Positions 25,965-38,435 of a stretch of DNA of 64,000 nt are shown here, one piece after another (the first letter of the stretch is position 1; the number at the start of each line of letters is the position of its first letter). The position numbers were made by a program, and so were the translations under genes. The stretch lies in assembly GCA_030264375.1 (NCBI GenBank), contig JASCQW010000132.1, forward strand, positions 48,178,019-48,242,018. Reading direction: 5' to 3'. Source of the stretch: Carcharhinus longimanus. Its lineage: Eukaryota. The notes under the pieces were generated by a model. That model ran no database searches, had not been told where the DNA came from, and saw only the letters and a program-made list of their open reading frames with translations.

Positions 25965-26101
25965 GGGGCGCAATCTTTTTTGCTGTTCATGCCACACTTC
26001 CGCTGCAGCAAGGTCAGAGAATTTGGCAGCCAGCCAAATCTCCTTTTACAGCAGCGGGATGGGAAAATCCCACCGGCATGAAAGCTGATAAGATTCTGGC
26101 C
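25965..26101. mobile_element. Probable non-autonomous DNA transposon (Harbinger-like MITE)
   Basis: Imperfect terminal inverted repeats ggggcgcaatctt / aagattctggcc; similar GC-rich units occur at 51072-51320, 54664-54870 and 58300-58463. Confidence 0.45.
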
Positions 26102-27834
26102 AGAATGTCCAAAACTGCATCCAGACCTCCAGTTGTCAAGTAACACACAACTTGTTCAAATATAACAGCTTTTCCACACTTTTGAATTTCAGTGAGGGTG
26201 AATAGTCATTTTGGTGGGAGAACAAAATGGACATTAATGAATCAGAAGTCCTTTCCATGCCCTATCTAGTAATCATCGCAGACAATAAAAAGGAGAATCA
26301 GGCGGGATGTATAACAGACAGCTGATTTGCAGCCAACTCACTTGTGTCTCATGTCTGGTATTGGTTTTTCCTACCTGCATAACCACCTTCCTACCTGCTC
26401 CATACCTTTAGATCTCTCAGTCCCTTCATTCAGTTCAAACTCTTGTCAATTTTACATTTCATTCAACTGAACTGTGTCTGCCATGTATCTGCCAGTCTCT
26501 CGCTGTCTTTCGACAGCTTCCAAGTTTTCCTCATAATTTGCCGAACCTTTTAATATGGTGGTTTCAGACAATTTTAATAACCATTCTTCTTTTGGTTGTG
26601 TCTGAGTCATTCATGTCAATGGAAAGAATTTGACGTCTTACAACTGATTCACAATTATGGTGAAAACACCCAATTGACCCTAGACTCTGCTCCTCCAATT
26701 CTCTACATGTATCTCTATCTAATCAGCTGTGTTGCTTGGATGGCACCTTATTAAATTCCTCCTGAAAATCCACTTGCAGAACTTTCCTGTTANNNNNNNN
26801 NNGGGGAAGAGTGTGTTCCTGTGCTGTACTTTTCTATGTTCTATTCATCATGTGATTCCATAGCCATAAGAGTATGTCCCAGAACCCGTCATGCTGCCAT
26901 TGAAACCAGTTGTGGTTGAACTGTACCTCATGCCAGTTACTTGTTAATTCCACAATACAATTATATAATCAAGCACGATCAGTTCATTTTGACTATCTCT
27001 GAGTCATGAACGTCATTTTGTCTCATTGATTCCACAGGGTAAATTTCATAAATTTACTCTGCTCTTGCAGATCTCACACACACTGGAAATTCATGTCAGG
27101 AGTTTAGGTGTATAGTTAAGTGAAAACATGAAAACTAATAGATGGAAAATCATCTGGTGCCCCAGATCTCTTCACCTGAATTGCTGATATGCATTTGTCA
27201 CACATAAAGTTCCACACCAGGAGTGTAGATATATAAGACATGTCCTCAGACATATTAACAGCCAAGGTAAAATGACCTGGACTACCCTTCCCCCATCTTT
27301 TTCAAACAAAGATACAACTCCCAACTTCCAGTCTTAAAGCACATTACTTGCTTCTGCCTCTGACAGCTTTTTCCTTAGCTTCCTTCAGTATTCCGGAAAG
27401 TAAACCATTGGTGCCCGGTGCATTTTCCAATTTTAGTCCCATTAACTTTTTTAATAGTTTCCTTTTTAATTTTTACCCTCCATAGTGTCTCTTTCAACAG
27501 TTGGCTCAGATCCGTCTACAGTTCCACATTAATTTGCTGCTATAAAAACTGAAGTAAATGCTTACTAAGTCTTAGCACCAGTTTCTCACTCTAAGCCACT
27601 TTGTCTCTAAGTAGACTCATTCTCCTTTCACAATTTCTCATGCTGTTTCCTCTTATTCTTTCACATTCCTTCACTGTCTATCCAAGTTCGTTTTAGCTTT
27701 CTTTTTATAGGCTTCTTGTAATGATCATAAATCTACGTCCCCATTTTTGCCAGTTGCCTCAATCATGCTTTGGTCGATCCATTTATCTATTTACCTCCTT
27801 CCCTGCATCCTTGGCCTTTGATACACTCACTTTG

Positions 27835-28062
27835 CAACAACTATAACTATATGTTTTTATATAGCACCTTTAGTAATCCAGAGTGATTCACAGACAGACA
27901 AAAGGAAATAAGTTGAAGTGGAGCCAAAAAAAAATTGGGCAAAATAAGCAAATGTTTGGTTATAAAAATGATTTTTTAAGTAGGGCCTTAAAGGAAAGGA
28001 GAGAGTTGGAAAGGTAGAAGTATCTTTTGAGGGAGTTCAGAGACTGAAGTCTAGTTGGCTGT
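27835..28062 (-). mobile_element. L2 LINE 3' end
   Basis: acaac...tttatatagcaccttta is the reverse complement of an L2 tail (taaaggtgctatataaa). Confidence 0.6.
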
Positions 28063-28104
28063 ATTCCCAATTGAATCGCATTTACCCTATTCATTATTCT
28101 AAGG

Positions 28105-28410
28105 GAATAATGATATTATCACTAGACCAGTGATCCAGTGTAATTTTCTGGGCACCTGGATTCAAATCCCACCACGGCAGGTGGTGAAGTTTGAATTTAA
28201 TAAAAATGTGGAATTAAAAGTCTGATCATGAACCCATTGTCAATTGTTATAAAAACCCATCTGGCTCACTAATGTCATTTAGGGAAGGAAATTTGCCAAC
28301 CTTACCTGGTCTGGTCTTCAGGTGACTCCAAATCCATTGAACTGCACTCAGTTCAAGGGTAAATAAATGCTGGCCCAGCCAGTAATGCCCACATCCCATG
28401 AATGAATAGA
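28105..28410 (+). mobile_element. tRNA-derived SINE family B
   Basis: ggattcaaatcccaccacggcag; same body and tail as the copy at 8385-8730. Confidence 0.85.
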
Positions 28411-30334
28411 CAAAATGTTCACTAGGGCTGGAATTTTACCTCTCACGTGAGTAAAAGTGTAGGGTGGGGGGGGGTGTCATGGTAAATGTCTGGGGTGGAC
28501 GAGGGTTCTCTGTGCCTATTGATTATCTGCCTCCACTGGCATTTAACCACTAGCAGGGTAAGTGTCAGGCGACCTGTCCAAGATCCTTGAGTGGCCAAGG
28601 TTCTTTTTCCGTTGCCACCGGTATTTTGCCAGCGGCAGAAGTGTCAACATTGTTATGATCCTCATTGAAACTGATAACTTCATGCAAGGATGCCTTTGGG
28701 TTGGCATGGACAAGATGGGCCAAATTGGCCCCTTCTGTGCTGTACCATTTCAATGGTTCCAAGGGATTTGATTTCTCAGTGATTGACTGAAGTGATCTCA
28801 CAACAATTCGAGTTTTCAGACATTTATTTTCATAAACAAAGAAGAACAACATTAATTAAGCACCTTTTAATAGGCAACGTCTTCTCTCACTCTTGAAAGG
28901 CCAAACTTTACAGTTTTTACATTTCTATGGGATGTATCTCTTCAACTAAACAGTCCTGAGTTTGTGCTCACAGTGAACTTGCTGCCTTCTTCTTCTCTGC
29001 TGTTCACTTTTTTCTCTCTCTGTCTCAGATCTCTATCCTTCACTGTGCAAGAAATTGGGGAGTGAAAGACTATCCATAGCACAGCTATTCTTGACTTTGT
29101 TTTCAGATGTGAACATTTTATACTGCCAGTAGGACTTCCCTGAGCCTCTGTGCTCCCATAGTAACCAAACTACCTGGTCTATTGTCGGGTCGAATTTCTA
29201 ACAAATCATTTGACACTCTTCTCTATTCCAATTTACCTGGAATTAAAGAGACAGTTTAAAACATAGCAATCTTATAAAATTTGCAATCATAACAATGCCA
29301 CATGGTAAACCCTAGCAGCCTGGCCCCCACAAGGGGATATGGTGTCCCTCCTGTTGTGCCCAACAGAGGCTTTCCAAAAAAAAAAGCCACCCCCATTTGA
29401 ACACATAACCCACCCTCCTGGCCCCAGTGAGACTGCTCACTTATTTTCCAGTCTGGCTCCTTGAGTGGGGAATGACTGCAGTCCTAGGGACACCATATCC
29501 CATGATACTATTGAAACTGAAGAACTGCTGACCATTTGATTGACTAGCAGCTCTATGTTGAAGAGGCAAGAGCCACGACTTGAGGCAATTAACTGCTTGC
29601 CAACCGTAAAGTCCAATCACACCTTCCTGGACTATGAGGGGTGGGCCAGCCCTGAAAAGAGCCACTACCCCTGTAAAATCTATCCCTATAACTGTACACT
29701 TTATTGCTTTATATTCGATATCTTATGTTCAAATATCCATAATTACTGATCCACTGCTACACCTATCTTTGTTTCCAAATAATTAATCTGCATTTAGTTT
29801 CTACTTATCCCACAAATCTTCATCTTTTCCATCTCCTGTAACTTGCGTACTCTAAAAGTGTTTTCCTGTTTGGTCCAATTATTTTATTAACAAATACTAT
29901 ATCTAGTATTCCATTCTTCTTTGTTCCACATCCATCAGCCTGGCTTATGGTGCATTACTAGGGTAAGTGTTGATCTCCATTTTGACTAACTTTACCGGAT
30001 TCTCCTCTTTGGGGAAGGATTCCAACAATCACAACAACTGCACCTGCCTATACTACCCTGATCAATTTTCCTGGGTCAGAGCTCATCTTGTATGTACAGC
30101 AGGCTCCAGGACCGCAATGATCTCCAGGCAAAACTGCAGCAGAGAACTGCTAAGTGTACCAGAAGTTGTGGGGAGTGAATATGAAGCAACAGAGGTGTTT
30201 TGACAATCTACCATCAGCAGCTAAGAGTTTAAATGACCCTGAGGGATTGGAGGCCATTAAATTTGCCAAGCGGATGCCAACAATTATACAACTTTGCCTC
30301 ATGCCATGAGTCACCTACCACATAGCTCTGGACT

Positions 30335-30545
30335 GGCATGGTGTCACAGTGGTTAGCATTTCTGCCTTACAGTGCCAGGGACCCTGGTTTGATTTCCAGT
30401 TTGGGCCACTGTCTGTGTAAAGTCTGCATGTTCTCCCAGTGTCTGCATGTGTTTCCTCTAGTGACAACTGGGGGATTTTCACAATAACTTCATTGCAATG
30501 TTAATGTCAGTCTACTTGTGACACCAATGAATAAGCTAAAAAAAA
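30335..30545 (+). mobile_element. V-SINE with alternative tail (internally deleted)
   Basis: HE1 head and V-core, then ggggattttcacaataacttcattgcaatgttaatgtcagtctacttgtgacacc. Confidence 0.85.
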
Positions 30546-31138
30546 CATTTTAAGCCTTTAATAAATGAACTTTAAACTGGAAATGCTGCAACAAGTGAAG
30601 AAGATGGAGGCATTTCCTTGGGGATCTGCCACTTCCCTGCACCACTCCCCCAACCCCCACAGCAATTAACATTTGATTGATGGCAATGTAAAATTGTATG
30701 GGAACATTGCAGTTGGTCCCACCTAAGAGGAGAGTGGAAACACCTGTCAGGAGTAGCTTTGATGGACCTCACAGCCTGAACATTTCCCTATTCATCACGG
30801 TGCTCTGATCTGATTGTGAGCAGGAGCTTGGAAGAAGAATTCACTTTGTTAGCACTCATCCCAATCTATTGACAGTTCAATTGAATTGATAGTCAAAATT
30901 CTCATGATTACAGTCTTTACTTCAAAATTTCCTACAAATCTCATCTATTCATAAAATAATTCTTTCTCCTCCCAGCACCATGCCCTTAGAGGCCATTGGT
31001 GACCATGGACTTTCATTGGATTAGCCCATGATCATGCTTAACAAAACACTGCAGTTGTTTGCTGTTGCATTCCTGAGTATACTGCCCACAATATTGGGAA
31101 AATTTATTGCTTGATCATCAACATATTTGGTCACATTC

Positions 31139-31316
31139 TAAGATGTATAGGTTAGGTCGATTAGCCATGATAAATGCACAGAGTTACAGGGATAGGACAG
31201 CAGTGGAGGAAAGAGAGGAGGTGGACTTGGGTAAGATGCTTTTTTGGAGAGTTGGTGGAGACTTGATGGGTCAAATGGCCTCCTTTCACACTTTAGGGAT
31301 GCTGTGGTTCTATCAT
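31139..31316 (+). mobile_element. HE1 SINE 3' half
   Basis: ggttaggtcgattagccatg...gatgggtcaaatggcctcctt, matching 22400-22530. Confidence 0.7.
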
Positions 31317-31521
31317 GAATGCACATTCCATAATCATCAAGTCCTGAAGCGGGACCTGAATCTGGACTGTCAAGGACAAAAGTGGGGATCTACAATATGA
31401 TTGGTAAAGCAAGGACAACTGGTGGTTTTCTGCATGCACAGTCAATGAATGACAGTAAATAACTGACAAAGCAAAGGTTTCTGTAATATGTTGCAGTGAA
31501 TGATACTATTATTATACATAT

Positions 31522-31720
31522 GGGGGCTGGTTTAGTTCAGTTGGCTAGACAGCTGGTTTGTAATGCAGAGTAAACAACACAGGTGCAATTCCTGTACCAG
31601 CTGAAGTTGGTCATCAGGTCTCACCATTCTCAACCTTGCCCCTCACCTGAGGTGTGGCAATCCTCAGGTCAAAATCACCACCAGTCATCTGGGTCTATGG
31701 TCATCTGGGACTTTACCTTT
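31522..31720 (+). mobile_element. tRNA-derived SINE family C
   Basis: Head ggggctggtttagttcagttggctagacagctgg; body cttgcccctcacctgaggtgtgg. A second copy lies at 32745-32940 (-). Confidence 0.75.
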
Positions 31721-31856
31721 TAGTTTATTATGTTATAATAAAAGATTTCTCAAATAAGGTCTTTATTTTAAAAGATCATTATCATTTGTTGCCTATCCCT
31801 GATTGTATGGCTTTTCGGGTCACTTCAGAGATTATTTAAGAATCAACCACTTTAGT

Positions 31857-31957
31857 ATGAAGAAGAGTCAAATGGACTCAAAACATTAACTTTGTTTCTC
31901 TCTCCGCAAATGCTCCCAGTCCTGCTATCTGTATCTGGCATTTTCTGTTTTTATTAC
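31857..31957 (+). mobile_element. Penelope pLTR fragment with hammerhead remnant
   Basis: atgaagaa-gagtc-aaatg-gactc-aaaa-catta (stem II intact, core mutated), then ctctctccgcaaatgct. Confidence 0.65.
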
Positions 31958-32024
31958 ATTAGTGTAGTCGCATATAGACCATATTGTATTAAGACAGCCG
32001 ATTTGCTTCCATAAAAGTTATTCT

Positions 32025-32372
32025 GGGTGGCAGAGTGGTTAGCACTGCTGCCTCATAGGACCAGGGATTCGGGTTCAATTCCAGCCTTGGGTCACTGTGC
32101 GGAGTTTGCACGTTCTCCCTGTGTCTACATGGGTGTCTGCCAGGTGCTCCAGTTTCCTCTCACACACTAAAGATGTGCAGGTTAGGTGATTAGGCCATGC
32201 TAAATTGGCCCTTAGTATCCAAATATATATAGGTTAAGTGGATTAGCCATGGGAAATATGTGGGGATATGGGTTTACACAGAATGGAGGGCATGGATAAA
32301 ATGTCCTTTCAGAGAGTAGATACAGACTTTGGGGCTGGATGGCCTCTTGCATTGCAGGGATTCTATGGTTCT
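32025..32372 (+). mobile_element. HE1 V-SINE
   Basis: gtggttagcactgctgcctca...gggttcaattcc, V-core, and tail ggattctatggttct. Confidence 0.9.
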
Positions 32373-32744
32373 GTAGGGATTCTATTCGTGAACTGGTTTA
32401 TACAGTTCAGCAGCTTTATGGTCACTTTTACTGATATTTCATTAGTTGTAGTAATTCCATTGTTTATTTAAAACTTAATTCAAATTTGCATTCTGCTGTG
32501 GTGGGATTTCATAGAAAGAATTATAGAATTTGAATTCATATCCTTTGGATTATTAGTCTTGGGCACTGGGCTGAGTTCTTAGTCCAGTAACAATAACGTT
32601 ATAGGTTAGTGGAACTTCTCTCTATGACATAAGTTTACTCAAAGCATCTTTTTGGGTTAAGCAGAATAGTTTAGTGAAATGAATTTGTTGTAGGCCAATA
32701 CCTGGTACAGAGTGGAGAAAAGGGCTGAACTGATGAAAGAGAAT

Positions 32745-32940
32745 GAATTGTCCCCATAGTCCCAGAGGACCATAGACTGCTCTCCCCTTAGAGAAGGAGT
32801 TGACTGGTGGTGATTTAATCTGAGGGTCACCACACCTCAGGCGAGGGGCAAGGATGAGAAGGTGGCCCTTCATGGATAATCTCAGCTGGGGAATTGAATC
32901 CTTTCTGTTGACATCATTCCACATCACAAACTAGCTGAAT
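32745..32940 (-). mobile_element. tRNA-derived SINE family C
   Basis: Reverse complement of the body and tail of the copy at 31522-31720. Confidence 0.75.
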
Positions 32941-33227
32941 TTAAATAATGGCTATTAGGGTTATATTGGCAATAAAAAAAACATGAAGAAGGCTCAAAAA
33001 GAGTTGAGGGCAGTGTAGAGATACTCAACTTGCAGAGAAATGAGGAGAGGTGGGGTAGTCGGATTAAGAGAGCAATGTTAAATGAGAAAATCAGAAGGAG
33101 GAGAAAGAGATTGAGACTGTTATGAAATGGGAGAGAGAGAGACGATAAGGAAAGGAACTGGGAACACAATAATGAAACAGTTGAGTGATGTGAGAACTGC
33201 AAAGTAGGGTGCTGAGGCAATTATTGT

Positions 33228-33480
33228 TATTCATTCACAAGATGAGAGCATCACTGGCTGGTCAGCATTTCTTGCCCATCCCTAATTATTTGAGAAGATG
33301 GTGGTGAGCTGCCTTCTTGAACCGCTGCAATCACTTTGGGGTAGTTACACCCACATTGCTGTTAGGGGGAGGGGGCAGTTCTAGGATTTTGACCCAGCAA
33401 CAGTGAGGCTATGGTGATATACTTCCAAGTCAGGATGTTGTGTGGCTTGGAGGGGAGCTTGCAGGTAATGGTGTCCTTTA
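33228..33480 (-). mobile_element. LINE family A 3' end
   Basis: Reverse complement matches 3100-3350 (ttcaagaaggcagctcaccaccatcttctc...agggatgggcaagaaatgctg). Confidence 0.85.
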
Positions 33481-35584
33481 TGAAATGCGAGAGCATGAAA
33501 AAGTAACCCCTTCTGAATAAACAATGAAGGCTATTATCATGAGTGGCATTAATATATATTGTTACGTCATATGTAGGTAAAATAAGCTGTGGCCCAGATT
33601 GCTTGCAAGCAATGCACTGGAGAGGTGCATAATGCTTCATTGAAACAAGATCACCTTTTCCAGGAATGAAATGGAAAATATCACAAGCTTTCCCTAATTT
33701 TTGTAGTGTCTCGTTGAAATTAAAATACTCGTGCTAAGTGCTTGCTTCTTTTGGTCTAAGCTGGAAATATTCAAACTACAAAATCACCTCATTGCGGTGA
33801 AGTTATTGTTAATATGCAAAGTTGTACCTTAGATATAAATAAACACTTGGTTCTACCCATGGCACGCTACCTTTATTAGTAAAATATGCTTCCATATGGT
33901 CCTGATTCTTTCCTGAATTTACTAAATTTTTAACTTCCTTTGTGTCTATGCATAAATTAAAAAAAGTGCTGAAATTTATTATTCAACTGAGAGGTAATTA
34001 ATATGCAAAATTATGCAAATTAAGATGCAATTAGGCATCAATTCTCTTGTGGAATTTTCCATTAAAATTTAATACAATGTAACAGAGTAATTGGTGTCAC
34101 GTGTAATTACAGTTACTCATATGTACTTCTAAACGTGGGTTGTATTCTCGACAAAAAAATCCTCGCATATTTCATTATGTTTATTGTTTACTGATGAATT
34201 CAAATTGAGGATTCTCTTTGTTGGTAATAGAAAATAGATGGAAGCAGTGTTGTCAGTGCATATATATGTGGAGATAAGACACAAGCCAAAGGCAGGCGAT
34301 AGCCAAGGGGATGGTTAAATAGCATTTTCTACTTTGATTTCTTTTTTAAAGCGTCATCTTTATTAAATCAAAAATCCAGACACACAAATGTCTAGTTGCA
34401 CCAATCAAATGGAGTACTGGTTTACTAATAAGGTGTTTACTAAGATGAATATCGAAGCATCAGAGTGGTATGTGTTGACAGTAAGAGCTTCACACAAGGG
34501 ATGAACATCTGTGTTGTATGCTGCAGGCAATAATACCTATTCCAACATACCCACAGTGCGGACAACAATGGCATTCACAATTAGTCAATAAATCCTCACA
34601 ACCATTTTAAAATGACTCATTGGCCAAAACTTAGGGTTAATGGCTACCCTGATCTCACCACGTATTTTCCCAGGCTTTATTCAATGAGGTAGTCCATGGG
34701 AGAGGAAACAACTGGAAATTCTTTTGATGCCATCTTAAAAAAAATTAACATTGAGATGCTTCTTGTAAGGTTTGCGATGGATATAATTGTTGCATTATTC
34801 AGGATTTCAGTATTTTGGTGGTTTTATTGGAGATGGTTTTGTCAAAGTGGAGTTATTAAACTCTTCACAGCACTCATAATGCAAAGCAATGAAACAGTTG
34901 TTGGTGTTGTTCCTGATTTCTGTACCTATTCCCATTGCAATTAGGCTCCTCAGTCTAATTTTTAGTTTCTGTTATCTAAGTACTTATAAAAGTACAGCTG
35001 ATTGCTGCAAAAAAGAACTTCCAGTTGTAAATCCGTATTCAGAATTTTTCATTTTTTGCTGTATTCTGTAGCTGGGTTTCAGGTAAACCACATGGATAAT
35101 TGTATATGTGCATAGACTTATAGATTATATACAAGTGTACAGAGAAGTATGAAAAGTCCTGCAGGACAGCCCAACACGGTGGCTTCTTGCACAATACATT
35201 ATCTTTGCAGTTCAGGAACCCAGGGCTATGGATCCACCCAGACAGAAGGAGCTAAAGCAAATGAGTAAATCTCGATCCTGTCCTTCCAGCACGTTCAATG
35301 CTACAAAAATTGCCCAGAGTTTTGTAATAATTATTTATTTTGCCTGATGAATTATAGTAAATGCAGAGGAAAGTGGACTATCACTTTAACTAAGATCTTG
35401 GGTTCTAGTTAAAGTGAGAGACTGAGGTATAGATTTTCTCCTAAGTGCTTACCATTGCCGCTCTGGATAATACACCATTTCTCTCAAATGTCACTTTACC
35501 TTGCTGTGCACAAATTCTCTCCTGATGATCCACCCTAGCCTTTGTTTACAACAGTGAAAAACTTCTCTTCAATAAAGGAAACAA

Positions 35585-35962
35585 GCATAAAAATATAGAA
35601 ACTAGAAGCAGGATTAGGCCATTTGGCTTTTCGAGCCTGCTCTGCCAATCATTTTGATCATAGCTGATCATCGAATTCAATATTTTCCCCCCTCTTCCTC
35701 CCATATGCCTTGATCCCTTTAGCCCCCAAGGGCAATATCTAATTTCTTCTTGAAATCAGATGTTTTNNNNNNNNNNNNNNNNNNNNNNNNNNNNNNNNNN
35801 NNNNNNNNNNNNNNNNNNNNNNNNNNNNNNNNNNNNNNNNNNNNNNNNNNNNNNNNNNNNNNNNNNNNNNNNNNNNNNNNNNNNNNNNGGACTCCTCCAC
35901 CATTGGGAACATTCTTTCTGAATCTACCCTGTCTAACCCTGTTAGAATTTTATAAGTTTTAC
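35585..35962 (-). mobile_element. CR1 LINE 3' end (gap inside)
   Basis: tagaaactagaagcaggattaggccatt...cgagcctgctctgcc is the reverse complement of a CR1 tail. Confidence 0.8.
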
Positions 35963-36369
35963 AAGCATGTTAAGGAGCTGAGCTTTTTGACATCAACTCC
36001 GTTTTCAATATTATTATCACATCTGGCTATGCATCGCAGCCCAATCATCATTCCTAACAGCTATTTTTTTGGAATGGGGAAGTTCTTCTGAAAAATTGAA
36101 CTGAAATAAATCATTTTTTAAGAGTATATTTTTATGCCAGTCAGGTAAGTTCATGCATGGGGGTTGAGGAATGAATTTACATTGGATCCATGTGAAATCT
36201 GATTAATTTTTCTGTTTGGGCCCCATGAACAATTTGGGACCTAGAATCATAAAGTGGAGAAAGGCAATACCTGAGGGATCATAGACCTGAAGGACTTCTC
36301 ATTTACATTTGAAACAGCCTGCAGTATCCATTTAAGGATTACCAGTTCAGCCACTCAATTCCAAATTTT

Positions 36370-36612
36370 TTTTTATTGTCTCAAGTAGGCTTACATTAAC
36401 ACTGCATGAAGTCACTGTGAAAATCCCCGAGTCGCCACATTGGGGTACACTGAAGGAGAATTTAGCATGGCCAATTCACCTAACCAGCACGTCTTTCAGA
36501 CTGTGGGAGGAAACCAGAGCACCCGGAGGAAACCTATGCTACACGGGGAGAATATGCAAACTCCATACAGTGACCCAAGGTCGCTGGTGTTGTGCTAACC
36601 ACTGTGCCACTG
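36370..36612 (-). mobile_element. V-SINE with alternative tail
   Basis: caagtaggcttacattaacactgcatgaagtcactgtgaaaatcccc (reverse complement of the alternative tail) plus V-core. Confidence 0.85.
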
Positions 36613-36909
36613 TTGTAGTCCTACATGCAGTTTAAGATCCTAGTTTGCATAGTGTAAGTAAGCTCTTGTCCTTTTAGATGGATCAATGATTGTCTGTTTC
36701 CTGGCCTGCTCCATACTCGTGAAGTGTTAGATGATGGTGAGGACTGCCTGCTACAACTCAAATCTCTGGATAAAAATAGTCCTTTAATAGATCCAGTTAC
36801 TCTTTGGGAAAACCAGCTTCATCCTCATTCACTCCTAAAGCAGGTCCAAAAGATGGGAAATATAACATACTGACCTATAATATCTTAGTCAGTTTGACAT
36901 ATATTCACT

Positions 36910-37060
36910 GGATGAAAGTAAATTATTGCAGATGCTGGAATCTGAAACCAGAAGAGAAAATGTTGAAAAATCTCAGCAGGTCTGGCAGCATCTATAAGGA
37001 GAGAAAAGAGCTGATGTTTCAAGTCCAGATGACCCTTTGTCAAAGCCTTTCAATTAGCCT
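36910..37060 (-). mobile_element. Solo Penelope pLTR/hammerhead mini-insertion with 17-bp direct repeat
   Basis: The reverse complement reads ttgacaaa-gggtc-atctg-gactt-gaaa-catc. Flanked by tttgacatatattcact at 36893-36909 and 37061-37077. Confidence 0.8.
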
Positions 37061-37507
37061 TTTGACATATATTCACTTTGATCTAAAACTTATTCATTCT
37101 CACACTGAAAACGAAATATGACACCCAAGTGCTCAATTGGTTTGTAACTAATTTCACTGGTTTTGATTTTACATTTTACCCTGAGCGTTTCATGCTGTTA
37201 ACTGTTTTAAGTATAAAAAGCTTCCTCATCTTGGACCCAGCAATATACGTCAAATCCCACCTTACTACACCAGTGTGAATTTTTCCATTTACTTAGCAGC
37301 CAACTTTATGGTCCTTCTAATCATGACTTGCAATTTTCACAATATTCTTGACAGCTTTTGGGCAGTGGGTTGACACTGATTAGGAACTGAGGTGATATCA
37401 TCCAAACTTGTTTAATTTAGTTTGTTCTTAAAGTTACTACATATTGTTGCAACCTCTCACAGCTTCAGTTTAATGCCTAACACTTTCTTCCTCGCTTTAG
37501 TTCCATT

Positions 37508-37600
37508 GAACAGTCAAATGGATTTGAAACATTACTTGTGTTTTCTGTCCCCACAGATGCTGTGGGACCTATTGAGTTTTTCTAGCATTCTCTGTTCATT
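37508..37600 (+). mobile_element. Decayed Penelope pLTR fragment
   Basis: agtcaaatggatttgaaacatta...ccacagatgctgtgggacctattgagtttttctagcatt. Confidence 0.55.
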
Positions 37601-38125
37601 ATTAATTTAGGGTGCTTATACAAACCACCTCATCCTCTTATAGTAAAGTGTTAAATATAATGCAAAAAATATCTGTGCTTTGTACACATTAGGTTGCATT
37701 TTATGCCCCCTCTCAGTGTGATTGGGGGCAGAGAGGGCACTTAGTCAGGCATTAGGATGGCATATGAGCACCATGCTGCTTTCCCATCTCTGCCAAAACT
37801 AAGTCCAGCTTGGGAAGGTATGTGGTTTGAATTCTAACCCTGATAGCATTGAGGCTTTTCCTGGGCAATTATTGATCACTTATGGGCCCCATCTCACCGC
37901 TGCTACATCACACAAAGAACATGATAAGCAAACCTGTGCTAACTGCTTGTCCTCTCCCCTGGGCAGTGATTCCTTGTTCAAAGGTACCTAGTGCCTGAGC
38001 AAAGGACCTGACACTGGGAAGCGTGAGGCCACTGACAGCCACCCCACTGCCTTTGCTGTCAACTCCACTACACCCTTTCCCATGCCCCCTCCCCACCCCA
38101 CACCTGTCCCTGTGAAAACCCTCCT

Positions 38126-38197
38126 GCCGGATTTGCAGCCATCACAGGGATGCCAAATGTGCAGGGGGCTATAGACTGCACCTACGTCGCCCTCAAG
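38126..38197 (+). pseudogene. PIF/Harbinger (HARBI1-like) transposase fragment around the first catalytic Asp
   Basis: Manual translation AGFAAITGMPNVQGAIDCTYVALK matches the HARBI1-type motif F..IAGFPxVxGAIDCTH(I/V)AI. Confidence 0.85.
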
Positions 38198-38435
38198 ATA
38201 CAAAAGTCTGAGGTCACGTACCAACAGACTTCTTCCCTGCTGCCATCAGACTTTTGAATGGGACTATCTTGCATCGAGTTGACATTTCTCTACACCCTAG
38301 CTATGACTAACACTACATTCAGCACTCTCTCATTTCCATCTCTATGTACAGTATGTTTTGTCTGCATAGAGCGCAAGAAACAATGCTTTTCACTGTATGT
38401 TAATACATGTGATAAAAATAAATCAATTCAAATCA
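38195..38435 (+). mobile_element. Rex1/Babar-type LINE 3' end
   Basis: RYKSLRSRTNR(del)FFPAAIRLLN-like C-terminus and tail tgtgataaaaataaatcaattcaaatc. Confidence 0.75.

Larger units (their letters stand above)
31765..32597 (-). mobile_element. SINE family B interrupted by a PLE fragment and an HE1 copy
   Basis: Tail reverse complement at 31765-31850, body at 31960-32020, head reverse complement at 32390-32597. Confidence 0.6.
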
